DNA of 64,000 nt from Bacteroidaceae bacterium (GTDB lineage: Bacteria > Bacteroidota > Bacteroidia > Bacteroidales > Bacteroidaceae), in the NCBI GenBank assembly GCA_963649665.1, contig CAVJJO010000001.1, positions 6,435 through 70,434 on the forward strand, given 5' to 3'. The translations under genes and the position numbers were made by a program. This document shows, piece after piece, positions 25,552 through 36,200 of this stretch; the first letter of the stretch is position 1; each line of letters begins with the position of its first letter. Under the pieces are notes generated by a model. That model was not told the DNA's origin and searched no databases. It saw only the letters and a list, made by a program, of their open reading frames with translations.

Positions 25552-27447
25552 ATGGAACTCTTCAACCACGCGGCCGAATTCCTGGCCTCGCCCTCAGGGC
25601 AAGTCAGCATCGTAGTGGCAACCTTTGCGCTCACCATCGTAGCGTTTGTTGCCGACAAGGTGCGCTCCGACATCGTAGCGCTCTGCTCGCTTGCCATGCT
25701 GCTCGTAACCAATGTGCTCACTCCTTCCGAAGCACTTGCCGGATTCTCCAATTCCGCCGTGGTGATGATGATCGGACTCTTCGTGGTGGGCGGTGCCGTG
25801 TTCCAAACGGGACTGGCAAAAACCATCAGCGGACGACTGCTCAAACTTGCGGGGACAAGCGAAAAGAAGCTCTTCTTCCTCGTGATGCTCGTGACCGCCG
25901 TAGTGGCAGCCTTCGTCAGCAACACCGGCACCGTGGCGCTCCTTCTCCCCATCATCCTTGCCATGGCAAAGAGTGCCGGTACGAGTCCGTCGAAACTCAT
26001 GATGCCCCTTGCCTTCGCAAGCTCCATGGGCGGCATACTCACGCTCATCGGCACACCGCCCAACCTCATCGTGGACGGCTACCTGCGCGACAACGGAAAG
26101 CCTGGCTTCGGATTCTTTGAGTTTCTTCCCATAGGTATCATCTGCCTCGGCGTGGGTCTTCTCATGCTCTATCCCCTCTGCCGCTTCTTCCTTGGCAACA
26201 AGGAAAAGGGCAACGAAGCCGGCAGACAGGACGAATCGCTTGAACATCTGCTCCACGAGTATCACATCAACGACCTCGTGTTTCGCCTCACTCCCGCCGA
26301 CGGGAGCAAAATGATGGAGGGGCACACCGTGGGCGAACTTGAAGTGCGCCAGCGCTACGGAGTGACCATTCTCGAGGTGCGCCGCTCCAACCTCACCGTG
26401 TTCAGTCCGTTCATACAGGAAGCGGTGAATTCCACCACTATATTCCACGGCGACGACACGCTCTACGTGCTCGGAAAGCGCGAATGCGTGGACCGCTTCG
26501 CCGCCGACTGCCACCTCCTCGTGCATGAAGATGCAGAGCGTGAGGGCAAAGCCAAACTCGACTTCTACGAGATAGGACTTGCCGAAGTGCTCGTGGCTCC
26601 CGACTCCGCCCTCGTGAACCGGCCGTTGCGTGCGGCCAATTTCCACGAACGTTTCAATGTGAACGTGCTCGCCGTGAAGCGCAGTGGAAAATATCTTTTC
26701 GAAGACGTGCTCGACGCTCCCGTAAAGAGCGGCGACATGCTTCTCGTTCACGGCGCCTGGAAAGGCATCTCGAGCATGGCGAAGAAAAACCGCGAATGGA
26801 TAGTTATCGGTTCGCCCAGCGAAGACGAGGAAAGCGTGGCCCTCGACCACAAGGCCCCTCTTGCCGCTGCGCTCATGGTGGCCATGGTGGCCGTCATGGT
26901 GTTTGCCGACCAGCTTGGCATAAAGCCCGTGGCCGCAGTAATCATAGCCGGACTGCTCATGGTGCTCACACGCTGCGTGCGCAGCGTCGACGCCGCCTAC
27001 AAAATGATAGGCTGGGAGAGCATCGTGCTCATTGCCGCCATGATGCCCATGTCCACCGCGCTGTCCAAGACCGGCATCTCGGCATGGATTGCCACCACCC
27101 TCGTGGAGGCGCTCCGCGCCTACGGTCCCATTGCCGCCATGGCGGGCGTCTACATAGTCACCTCCGTGTTGAGCACGTTCATCAGCAATTCCGCCACGGC
27201 CATCCTCGTGGCACCCATCGCCTGGGCGGCAGCCGAGCAGCTCGGCGTTTCGCCCGCACCATTCATGATGACGGCTGCCGTGGCTGCAAGCGCTTGCTTT
27301 GCCACCCCCATCTGCACCCCGCCCAATGCCATGGTGATGAATGCCGGACACTACAACTTCATGGACTACGTGAAGGTGGGCGTTCCATTGCAGATAGTGA
27401 TGGGCATAGTGGCCATCCTCGTCATTCCGCTCTTCTTCCCCTTCTGA
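25552..27447 (+). CDS. SLC13/CitMHS-family permease with two TrkA-C domains
   Basis: Multiple TM segments, SNTGT and SNSAT motifs, TLIGTPPNL, central RCK_C repeats, TPPNAMVM. Confidence 0.9.
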   Translation: MELFNHAAEFLASPSGQVSIVVATFALTIVAFVADKVRSDIVALCSLAMLLVTNVLTPSEALAGFSNSAVVMMIGLFVVGGAVFQTGLAKTISGRLLKLAGTSEKKLFFLVMLVTAVVAAFVSNTGTVALLLPIILAMAKSAGTSPSKLMMPLAFASSMGGILTLIGTPPNLIVDGYLRDNGKPGFGFFEFLPIGIICLGVGLLMLYPLCRFFLGNKEKGNEAGRQDESLEHLLHEYHINDLVFRLTPADGSKMMEGHTVGELEVRQRYGVTILEVRRSNLTVFSPFIQEAVNSTTIFHGDDTLYVLGKRECVDRFAADCHLLVHEDAEREGKAKLDFYEIGLAEVLVAPDSALVNRPLRAANFHERFNVNVLAVKRSGKYLFEDVLDAPVKSGDMLLVHGAWKGISSMAKKNREWIVIGSPSEDEESVALDHKAPLAAALMVAMVAVMVFADQLGIKPVAAVIIAGLLMVLTRCVRSVDAAYKMIGWESIVLIAAMMPMSTALSKTGISAWIATTLVEALRAYGPIAAMAGVYIVTSVLSTFISNSATAILVAPIAWAAAEQLGVSPAPFMMTAAVAASACFATPICTPPNAMVMNAGHYNFMDYVKVGVPLQIVMGIVAILVIPLFFPF

Positions 27448-27503
27448 TGCCATGCGGGACGGCTCACAACTTCTTGCATACAAAAACTATAGATATACGA
27501 CAC

Positions 27504-28157
27504 ATGAAAAAAGTAGCTACACTTTGCGCAGCCTTCGCGCTGACGCTCGCCTTCGCCGCCACGGCAAGCGCACAGACATTCAGCTATGGCATCACGGCCG
27601 GTCTGAATCTCACCAAGCTCAAGTACAGCACGAAGAACTTCCAGGGCAACCTTTCGTCCGACAACCGCGCCGGATGGTTCGTGGGTCCGAAAGTGGCTTT
27701 CAACACCGCATTGGGCATCGGCGTTGACGCCGCACTTGAATACTCCGAACGCAACCTCTACATGTCTGCCGAAAACACCAACGGCTCCACCACCACCGAA
27801 ACGAAGAAATACCGCACGCTGGAAATCCCCGTCAACCTTCGCTACAACATCGGTCTCGGAAGCAAGGCCGGCATCTACGTGGCCACCGGTCCGCAGTTCG
27901 GCTTCGCCCTTCAGAACATGGACTGGGGCAACTTCGGCACGGGCAACAACTTCAGCCGCAGCAACCTCAACACCACTTGGAACATAGGCGCCGGCGTGCG
28001 TCTCCTCGGTCACCTCGAAGCCGGTGTAGGCTACAACTTCGCCCTCGGCAAGGCCGGCAAGGGAATCCTCGGCGACCAGTATGCCGGAACCTCCACCGAC
28101 GCCGAGCTCGAGTACAAGACCAACACCTTCCAGGTGCAGCTCACCTACCTCTTCTAA
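27504..28157 (+). CDS. outer-membrane beta-barrel (porin-family) protein
   Basis: Signal peptide MKKVATL...ASAQ, YGITAGLN, LEIPVNLRY, GPQFGF, terminal TYLF. Confidence 0.85.
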   Translation: MKKVATLCAAFALTLAFAATASAQTFSYGITAGLNLTKLKYSTKNFQGNLSSDNRAGWFVGPKVAFNTALGIGVDAALEYSERNLYMSAENTNGSTTTETKKYRTLEIPVNLRYNIGLGSKAGIYVATGPQFGFALQNMDWGNFGTGNNFSRSNLNTTWNIGAGVRLLGHLEAGVGYNFALGKAGKGILGDQYAGTSTDAELEYKTNTFQVQLTYLF

Positions 28158-28183
28158 AATCATCAATTTAATCAGATACTCCC

Positions 28184-28468
28184 ATGATTAGACTAAACTG
28201 TTTCTTCCAGGCCAACGAGGGAAAATACGAAGAAGCCCTTCAGGCCGCCATTGCACTTACCGCAGCTTCCGTCAAGGACGAAGGCAACGTGGCCTACGAC
28301 TGCTTCGAAAGCGCCACACGCCCCGACGTGTTCATGATTTGCGAAACGTGGAAAGACCAAGAATCGCTTGACAAACACATGGCTCAGGACCACTTCAAAC
28401 TCTATGTGGGTCAGCTCGAAGCCTGCGGTACGCTCAAGCTCGAACAGTTCGACTTCCCCGAAAAATAA
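28184..28468 (+). CDS. ABM-domain protein (putative quinol monooxygenase)
   Basis: DEGNVAYD...FMICETWKDQESLDKHM...HF. Confidence 0.85.
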   Translation: MIRLNCFFQANEGKYEEALQAAIALTAASVKDEGNVAYDCFESATRPDVFMICETWKDQESLDKHMAQDHFKLYVGQLEACGTLKLEQFDFPEK

Positions 28469-28632
28469 CCACGAAACTCAACCGTATGACGAGGTTGCGG
28501 CTCCCCGTGCCGCAGCTTCGTCATACTTGCTTTTGCGCCGCCGGCGCACACACACTGTTTCCTTCCGGCGTGCGTCGTCCCCCTGACGCGTCGCACCATT
28601 ATTGTTTCATCCGTAAAAAACACAAAACGTCT

Positions 28633-31600
28633 ATGGCAAAAACTCTACGCACCTTATTGCTGGGAGCGGTAGCCGCTATCAGTTGCACGGCCACGGCACA
28701 AAGCGTGACGCGGGCCACAGCTCCCGACCTCCAGCTCTATGGCAGCATCATCGGCTCGTTCAACGAGCCCGGAAGCTACTACAACGAAAGCGGAGGTATC
28801 TACACCTTCAACCTTCGCCAGCCCGCCGGCATAACCCTCGTAAAGAGCGGTGTGCACACCTACGGCGGAGGAACCTATGCGCAAGGCTCCTATTACCACA
28901 ACGACTTCACCGAAAGCAGTGACGGCAGCCGCATCACCATGCCCATCCGTCTCTACCGCCACAACGCAACGGACTGGAGTCAGGAAAGCCTCAGCTACGG
29001 CTACGCCTTCAGCTGCATCACCTACGACATGACCTTCGACCCCGAGACGCAGCAGCTCTACGCCATCTTCGCCGACGATGCCTACTCCGGCAAACGCCGT
29101 CTCTTTGGGCGTTTCCGCTATAAGGAGCAGGAAGGCGCGCCGCTCTATGAGTGCGACTCAATAGCCGCCTTCCCCGAAGTGATGGTTGCACTCACCGCCG
29201 ACCGCAACGGCACGCTCTACGCCATCGACAAGAAAGCCAATCTCTACACCGTAGACAAATACACCGGAGCCACAAAGCTCGTCGGCAACACCGGCGTGCA
29301 GACCCAGGCCATGTTCCAAAGCGCGGCTTGCAACTACACAAACGGTAAAATCTACTGGGCCACTATCTACAACGACATGTGGGACACCGGCATTTTCGAA
29401 GTAGACCCCGCCACCGCCAAGAGCACCCTCGTTTCCGACTTCGGCTACGACTACGGCACCGCCACGTGCGACCAGTTTACCGGCATCTACTTTAAGGAAG
29501 ACCTCGACCTCCAAGCACTTCCCGACACCGTAGCCAACCTCTCCGCCACCTTCTCCTCCGCCACATCGGGCGAGGCCGTCTTCACCCTTCCCTCTACGGC
29601 AACCGACGGCACCACCCTTTCCGGCACGGTAAACTACACCGTGCGCCTCAACGGCAACGTAGTAGCCACAGGCAGCGGTGAGGCCGGAGCCATAACCACC
29701 GTGCCGTTGCAGACCGCTGCCGAAGGCGAAACGAAAGTAGGCGTCGTGTCACAGCGTCCCGCTACCGCCACGCAACCCGCAGCCACAAGCAAGGAAGTGA
29801 CCGCTACGGCTTGGGTGGGACACGACGTGCCCGAAGCACCCGCCCGTGTGTCCATCCGTGCCGCAGGCAACGACGTCACCGTTTCGTGGAAAGCTCCCTC
29901 GCAGGGCGTGCACCGCGGCTACATCGACGCCGAAAACATGACCTTTACCCTCACGCGCTACATCGAAGGACGCGACGAGCCCGATGCCGTGGTGGCAAAG
30001 GACATCAAAGCCACCACCTACACCGACCACATCGCCTCAGAAGCCAAAAACGTCTACTACTACACCATCACCGCCCGCAACGGCGACTTCACCAGCAAGC
30101 CCGCCACCACACGCACCGTGAAGCTCGGCACGCAGATAGGTTTCCCCTACAGCAATGCCTTCGCGTCCAGTCCGTTCGACGAAGACTTCACCGTGATTGA
30201 CGCCAATGCCGACGACAACACCTGGACTTATAGCGAATCGGACAAGAACGTGCAGTACAACGCCAACGCTCAGAGCGCCGACGACTGGTTCATCACCCCA
30301 GCCTTCAGCGTGAAGAAAGGCGCCATCTACACTTTCTCCTTCACCATGAAGGGTGGCTACTCCGCCGAACGCATTGCCGCCTATCTCGGCGAAGCGCCCA
30401 CGGCAGAAGCCCTCACCACCGAGGTCATCGCCCCCACCGAAATAGCACAGGCCTATTACGGACAGACGCTAAAGGGCACCTTCCGCGCCACAGCCGACGC
30501 CACGCTCCACTTCGGCATACATGCCACGAGCGATGCCTATGCCGGCACGCTTCAGGTAGACGACTTGAGCATCACGGAATGCCCCGTCACCGCCCCCGAG
30601 CCAGTCGCTCAGTTCAAAGCCACGCCCGGAGCCAAGGGCATCAACCAGGCCGACATCACCTTCACCGCACCTTCAGCCACCCTTGAAGGCACACCGCTCA
30701 AAGGCGCGCTAACCATAGACATCACACGCGACGGCAAAACGCTCAAAACGCTCACCGGCGTGCAGCCCGGCGCCGCCTGTTCTTACTCCGACACCTACGT
30801 GTCTACCGACTTCCACACCTACGCCGCCACAGCCACCGCTGCCGATGGACAGCAAAGCGTGGAAGCCGCAGCAACCATCTTCGTGGGCCTCGACAAGCCC
30901 GGTCCCGTACGCAACCTCCGCATTGTGGAAGACCTCGACAAGGAAGGCCTCGTACATCTCACCTGGGATGCTCCCGAAACGGGTATGAACGGCGGATATA
31001 TCGACCCCGAAGGTCTCACCTACTACATCTCCGGCGGCGTGAGCAGTTCGTCGGACTTCTCCATTGGCAATGCAACTCACTACGACGAGCAACTCTCGCC
31101 CAACGGCAAGCAGATTTACCAGGCCTACAGCGTGTATGCCGGCAACAGCGCCGGCAACGGCCGTTCGCAGGTTTGGCAGACGGCCTCCGTCATTGCCGGT
31201 CCTGCGCTGAAGGCCCCCGTCTTCGAATCGTTCGACGGCGCCACCATGAAGAGCGGTCCGTGGCTCACCAAGATGACCAACGGAAAAATTGGCGAAGCCT
31301 ACTGCTACGTAATGAGCGAAGCCACCGACATTGTCCCCGCCGACCTCGATGGCGGTCTGCAGGTGTTCTCCGCCACTTCGCTCGGCAAGTCGGCACGCAG
31401 CGAGAGTCCGAAAGTCGACATCAGCGCACTTGCGAAGCCCGTGCTTCACTTCTGGGCCTACTTCAACGGTAAGGGCGACTCCCTCACCGTGAGCGTATCG
31501 CCCGACTACAAAGGTTTCGAACCCGTGCTCCGTCTCTCTTCCGCCGATGCCGCAGGGTGGAAACGTTTCGCCGTAGACCTCTCGCCTTATCGCTCCAGCC

Positions 31601-33105
31601 GTTTCGTGCAAATCGGTCTTGAAGGAAAGGCAGTGGCCTCGCTCGAGTATTTCATGGCTTACGACAACGTGAGCATCACCGACACTTATGCCGATGACCT
31701 CATGATGCGCGCCCTCACCTCGCCCGACGAGATGAACACGCTCGACGAGAGCGACTTCAAGGTGGCCATTCGCAACAATGGCGACCGCAGCGTGAAGGCT
31801 GCCGACTATAGCATTGTGCTCTACCGCAACCACAAGGAAGTGGCGCGTCAGCAAGGCGAAGACCTCGCCGTCGATGCCAAAATAGAGTTCATGTTCACCG
31901 ACAAGGCTTCCGTGCTTGAAACGGAGAAGAACGTCTACCAGGCTGCCATAGAGTTTGCTGCCGACGAAAATCCCGCCAACAACTTCTCGCAGGCCGACAC
32001 CGTGAAAGTTACGCTTCCCGATTATCCTACGCCCTCTGCCCTTAAGGCCACGAAAGCTACCAACGGCGCAACTCTCAGCTGGACGGCTCCCGACCTCGAT
32101 AACCTCAAGAAGCAGAGCTACACCGAAACGTTTGAGGACTTCCCCGCCTTCACCATTAGCGAAATGGGCGAATGGACGCTCGTCGACGGCGACAAGCAGG
32201 AAACGAAGCGCATCATGCTCAGTAGCGTAATCGGTGCACTCCAGTACGACCACGCCGGCGAAGCCATGGCCTACCAGGTGTTCAACGTGACGCAGGCGGG
32301 CATTCCCTTCGCCACTTGGGATCCCCACTCCGGCGAACAGATGCTTCTCTGCTTTGCCGCTTCTTCTACCGACGAGAGCAATCCCGTAAAGCCCAACGAC
32401 GACTGGCTCATCTCGCCCGCACTCGACGGCTCCGCGCAGACCATAAGTTTCTACGCCAAAGCCGCCCAGGCCTCTACCTACGTGCCGGAAGAAATGGAAC
32501 TCCTTTATTCTATGGAGAGCACCGACACGGCTACCTTCGTCAAGGTAGATAAAGTGAGTGTGACGAATGCCAAAACTTGGGACGAATATCGCTTCGACGT
32601 GCCTGAGGGCGCGAAGTACTTCGCCATCCGCTGCGTGTCGAACAATAAGCTCGCGCTGATGCTCGACGACATCACCTTCATCCCCGAAGGCGCAGAAAGC
32701 GTGGAACTCACGCTCAAGGGCTACAACGTATATCGCGACAGCGTGCTCGTCAATGCATCTCCCGTCACCGCTACGGACTATGTGGACACGACGGTTGACA
32801 CTGCCAAGGACTACACCTATCACGTCACCGCTGTTTATGCCGAGGGCGAATCGCTTCCCTCAAACGCTGCCTGCACCGACGGCACGTCGGCCATCGTCCG
32901 TCCTTCCGCTTCTGCGGTGACGGTAAGCACCGCGGGCCACACCATCGTGGTGAACCATGCAGCAGGTCTCGACGTGGCGCTCTACACTGCCGACGGCCGC
33001 ACGCTTGCCGTGCGCAAGGCCGCGAACCGCGAGACGTTCTGCGTGGAACCCGGCATTTATGTAGTGAAAGCCGGAAGCGTGCGCAGCAAGATTGTAGTGA
33101 AATAA
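28633..33105 (+). CDS. large secreted adhesin-like protein (propeller-like N-terminus, FN3, cleaved-adhesin-like domains, T9SS CTD)
   Basis: Signal peptide; DDWFITP / DDWLISP and KYFAIRC motifs; SWKAP / TWDAP FN3; GYNVYRD; LYTADGR...GIYVVK CTD. Confidence 0.8.
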   Translation: MAKTLRTLLLGAVAAISCTATAQSVTRATAPDLQLYGSIIGSFNEPGSYYNESGGIYTFNLRQPAGITLVKSGVHTYGGGTYAQGSYYHNDFTESSDGSRITMPIRLYRHNATDWSQESLSYGYAFSCITYDMTFDPETQQLYAIFADDAYSGKRRLFGRFRYKEQEGAPLYECDSIAAFPEVMVALTADRNGTLYAIDKKANLYTVDKYTGATKLVGNTGVQTQAMFQSAACNYTNGKIYWATIYNDMWDTGIFEVDPATAKSTLVSDFGYDYGTATCDQFTGIYFKEDLDLQALPDTVANLSATFSSATSGEAVFTLPSTATDGTTLSGTVNYTVRLNGNVVATGSGEAGAITTVPLQTAAEGETKVGVVSQRPATATQPAATSKEVTATAWVGHDVPEAPARVSIRAAGNDVTVSWKAPSQGVHRGYIDAENMTFTLTRYIEGRDEPDAVVAKDIKATTYTDHIASEAKNVYYYTITARNGDFTSKPATTRTVKLGTQIGFPYSNAFASSPFDEDFTVIDANADDNTWTYSESDKNVQYNANAQSADDWFITPAFSVKKGAIYTFSFTMKGGYSAERIAAYLGEAPTAEALTTEVIAPTEIAQAYYGQTLKGTFRATADATLHFGIHATSDAYAGTLQVDDLSITECPVTAPEPVAQFKATPGAKGINQADITFTAPSATLEGTPLKGALTIDITRDGKTLKTLTGVQPGAACSYSDTYVSTDFHTYAATATAADGQQSVEAAATIFVGLDKPGPVRNLRIVEDLDKEGLVHLTWDAPETGMNGGYIDPEGLTYYISGGVSSSSDFSIGNATHYDEQLSPNGKQIYQAYSVYAGNSAGNGRSQVWQTASVIAGPALKAPVFESFDGATMKSGPWLTKMTNGKIGEAYCYVMSEATDIVPADLDGGLQVFSATSLGKSARSESPKVDISALAKPVLHFWAYFNGKGDSLTVSVSPDYKGFEPVLRLSSADAAGWKRFAVDLSPYRSSRFVQIGLEGKAVASLEYFMAYDNVSITDTYADDLMMRALTSPDEMNTLDESDFKVAIRNNGDRSVKAADYSIVLYRNHKEVARQQGEDLAVDAKIEFMFTDKASVLETEKNVYQAAIEFAADENPANNFSQADTVKVTLPDYPTPSALKATKATNGATLSWTAPDLDNLKKQSYTETFEDFPAFTISEMGEWTLVDGDKQETKRIMLSSVIGALQYDHAGEAMAYQVFNVTQAGIPFATWDPHSGEQMLLCFAASSTDESNPVKPNDDWLISPALDGSAQTISFYAKAAQASTYVPEEMELLYSMESTDTATFVKVDKVSVTNAKTWDEYRFDVPEGAKYFAIRCVSNNKLALMLDDITFIPEGAESVELTLKGYNVYRDSVLVNASPVTATDYVDTTVDTAKDYTYHVTAVYAEGESLPSNAACTDGTSAIVRPSASAVTVSTAGHTIVVNHAAGLDVALYTADGRTLAVRKAANRETFCVEPGIYVVKAGSVRSKIVVK

Positions 33106-33126
33106 GCTCCGCAAGCGTTTTTGTTT

Positions 33127-33239
33127 GTCAAGAATTTGAGAATTGAAGAAGACTGCTTTACTTCTCTGATGCTTGAAAGTTTCTATTTGTCAAGAATTTG
33201 GGAATTGAAGCAATGTGCTTCGGTTCTCAGATTCTTGAC
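33127..33239 (+). repeat. two tandem 62-bp-period stem-loop units
   Basis: GTCAAGAATTTG(A/G)GAATTGAAG at 33127 and 33189, each followed by its inverted complement. Confidence 0.8.
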
Positions 33240-33266
33240 TTTCTCTATTCAGTTTCTTCAAACCTT

Positions 33267-36200
33267 ATGATACGACCTTTACTCTTTACCCTTGCCCTCG
33301 GCGCATTTGCAGCATCGGCGCAAGCCCAGCAAAGCGCCGCGCTCCCCGACATCTACGGCAGCGTGGTCTTCGGACATGGATGGGAGGACATGGGCGACAA
33401 TGCCCCCTATGGCATCTACTCCGTGCCGCCGACCGACGGCAGTGCCATCAAACTCGTCAAAGCCGGCAAGCAGTACCATGCCATTGGCGGCGGCGTTTAT
33501 GTGGACGGACGCTACTATCTCGTGGACTACTCCACGCTGCAGACCGAGGGTGCCGTCTACTTCCGCACCTACGACGTGGCCGACGGATGGAAGCTCCTGC
33601 GCGAAGAGCCACTCTCCTCGCTCGAAAGCATTGCCTCCGACCTCACCTACGACCCCGTCACCGACCAGATATTCGGATGCTTCGTGGATGCCGCCACCTA
33701 TTCCTCTGAATCGAAAACCTACTTCTTCGGTACGCTCAATCCGCTCACCGGCGCCAGCACGCATATAGCCTCCCTGCCCGAAGAACTCATCTGCCTTGCC
33801 GCCAACCGCGAAGGCGAACTCTACGGCATCGGTGCGCTCGGTGCCTTGTATAAAGTGGACAAGACGAGCGGCGCCGTAACGAAAATCGGTGAAAGCAACC
33901 GTCAGGTGAAATATGCCCAAAGTGCCACCTTCGACTACGCCAGCGGCCGCCTGCTCTGGGCTATGACGCCGCACTACACCGACGAGTCGCCCGAGGTGTG
34001 CGAAGTGAATCTGCAGACGGGCGCTGCCACCACGCTTACCACCATTCCCGAGCGCTACGAGCTTACGGGCATCTACACCCTCAGTCCCTTTACCCTCGAC
34101 GGTGCGCCTGCGCGTCCCGCCAACTTTGAGTGCAACTATTCCGAGGGTGCGCTCTCCGGCACCGTCGCTTTCGACGTGCCCACCGCCACCTTCGCTGGCG
34201 GCACGCTCGGCGGCAACCTGCGTTACGAGGTGAAACTCGACGGCGAGATAGCCGACGAGGGCACGCTCGAAGCTGGTGCCAAACGCTTCACCCTTCGTGC
34301 CGACCTCGAGCGCGGCATGCACGAAGTGAAAGTGGCGGTAAGCAACGCCACCGGCCGCAGTCCCTATGCCATAAAGGACTTCTGGGCGGGCGCCGACGTG
34401 GCACAGGCCGTGGCGCCCACAGCCACGAAGGTCAACGACACCGACGTTTCCGTCCAATGGACGGCTCCCACAGAGGGTATCCACGGCGGATACATCCACG
34501 CGGACGGTCTCTCCTACATGGTGACGCGCATGCCCGACGGAGTGAAACTCTACGAAGGCACAGCCACCTCCATGACCGACAAAAACGTGGACCGGCTCAG
34601 TTTCGACAGCTACTACTACCAGGTGACCGCCCGCGTCGACGGCACCGACGGGCAGGCAGCCTACACCACCCCCATGCACTTGGGCAAAACGCTCCATTTG
34701 CCTTACCTCCAAGGCTTTAATAGCGAGATGGAAGCGAGCACCATGACCATAGAGAACCGCAACAACGACTGCAGCACGTGGGAATATTACGACATGGGCA
34801 TGGTTTACGGTCTCAGCGACGACGAGAAGGACGCCGACGACTGGCTCATCACCCCTGCCTTCACCCTCAGCGCCGACTCCGTCTACCACGTGAGCATCGA
34901 CGCCTCCACCGATGAAGGCGCTACCGAAACGCTCGGCATCTTTGCCGGTGCAGCGCCCAAGGGCGATGCCATGACGCAGACCATCGTGCCCCACACGGCC
35001 GTGACCAACGTGCCCTATCAGAGCTACGGCGGCTATTTCCGTCCCGCCGCCACCGGCACGTGCTACGTGGGCATACACGCTGCCAGCACCTATGCCGACG
35101 GCAGCTACCTCTATGCCGACAATCTGCGCGTTGACCTCGTGGCCTCCGTCTACGCCCCCGCAGCGGCCACTAACGTTTCGGCGCTTCCGCAGGGCACGGA
35201 GCAGAAAGTGCAGCTTTCCTTTGCAGCACCTTCCACCGACTATGTCGGAAACACCCTTTCCTCCATCAGCCGCATAGAAGTGGTGCGCACCACCGACGGC
35301 GAGAAGGTGGCCACGCTCACTGATGCCGTACCCGGAAAGCTCTATACGCTCACCGACGAGCCTTACGACGAGGGCACAAACGACTATCTCGTCACCGCCT
35401 ACAACGACTACGGTGCAGGCATCCCCGTCAGTGCGAGCGCCTATGTGGGCCTCGACACGCCCGCTGCGGTGACCGACGTGAAACTCTCCGCCACCGACGA
35501 CGGCCAGGTGACGCTCTCTTGGAAAGCTCCCGAAACCGGACTCCACGGCGGAAACATCGACCCCGCAGCGCTCACCTACCGCGTAGGAAACCTCAACGGC
35601 ACGGAGTCTGCCACGACCATCGTGAGCGAAACGTCGTACTCCGAGCAAGTCACGCTCACCGAAGGCACGCAGCGCCTGACGTGGTACACCATTCAACCGC
35701 GCAACACCAAGGGACAGGGCCGCAAGGTGCAGACCGACACCATCTTTGTAGGCGCACCCTACGACATGCCCTACAACGAGTCGTTCAAGCTGCGAAGCCT
35801 TGAGCGCGGACCGTGGAACACGCTCAACAGCGACCTCGCCGAGTGGAACCTCCTGCAATACGGTTCCTACACCGACGCTGCCGACAACGACAACGGACTC
35901 ATTGCCTTCTCCACCCTTTCCGAAGGCTCCGAGGCACAGCTCGTCAGTCCCAAGATATCCCTCAACGGCGGCACGCAACCGCGTCTCACCTTCTACCTTT
36001 GGAACATGAAGCGCGCCGTACACTCGCTCCGCGTGCAGCTCCGCGGTTCCGGCGGCCGCGTCTACACGCTTGCTACCATCACGCCCAACGAGACTGACAA
36101 CGAAACGCTCGACGGCGAGTGGAAACGCTACGAGATAGACCTCTCTTCCTACGTCCGTCTCAACAAACACGTGCAAGTCATCTTCACCGGCGTGGGCGGC

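Noticed and set aside
26796..27503. N-terminal extension of the porin ORF (apparent fusion)
   Set aside because: It is an out-of-frame overlap with the permease; the real start is MKKVATL at 27504.
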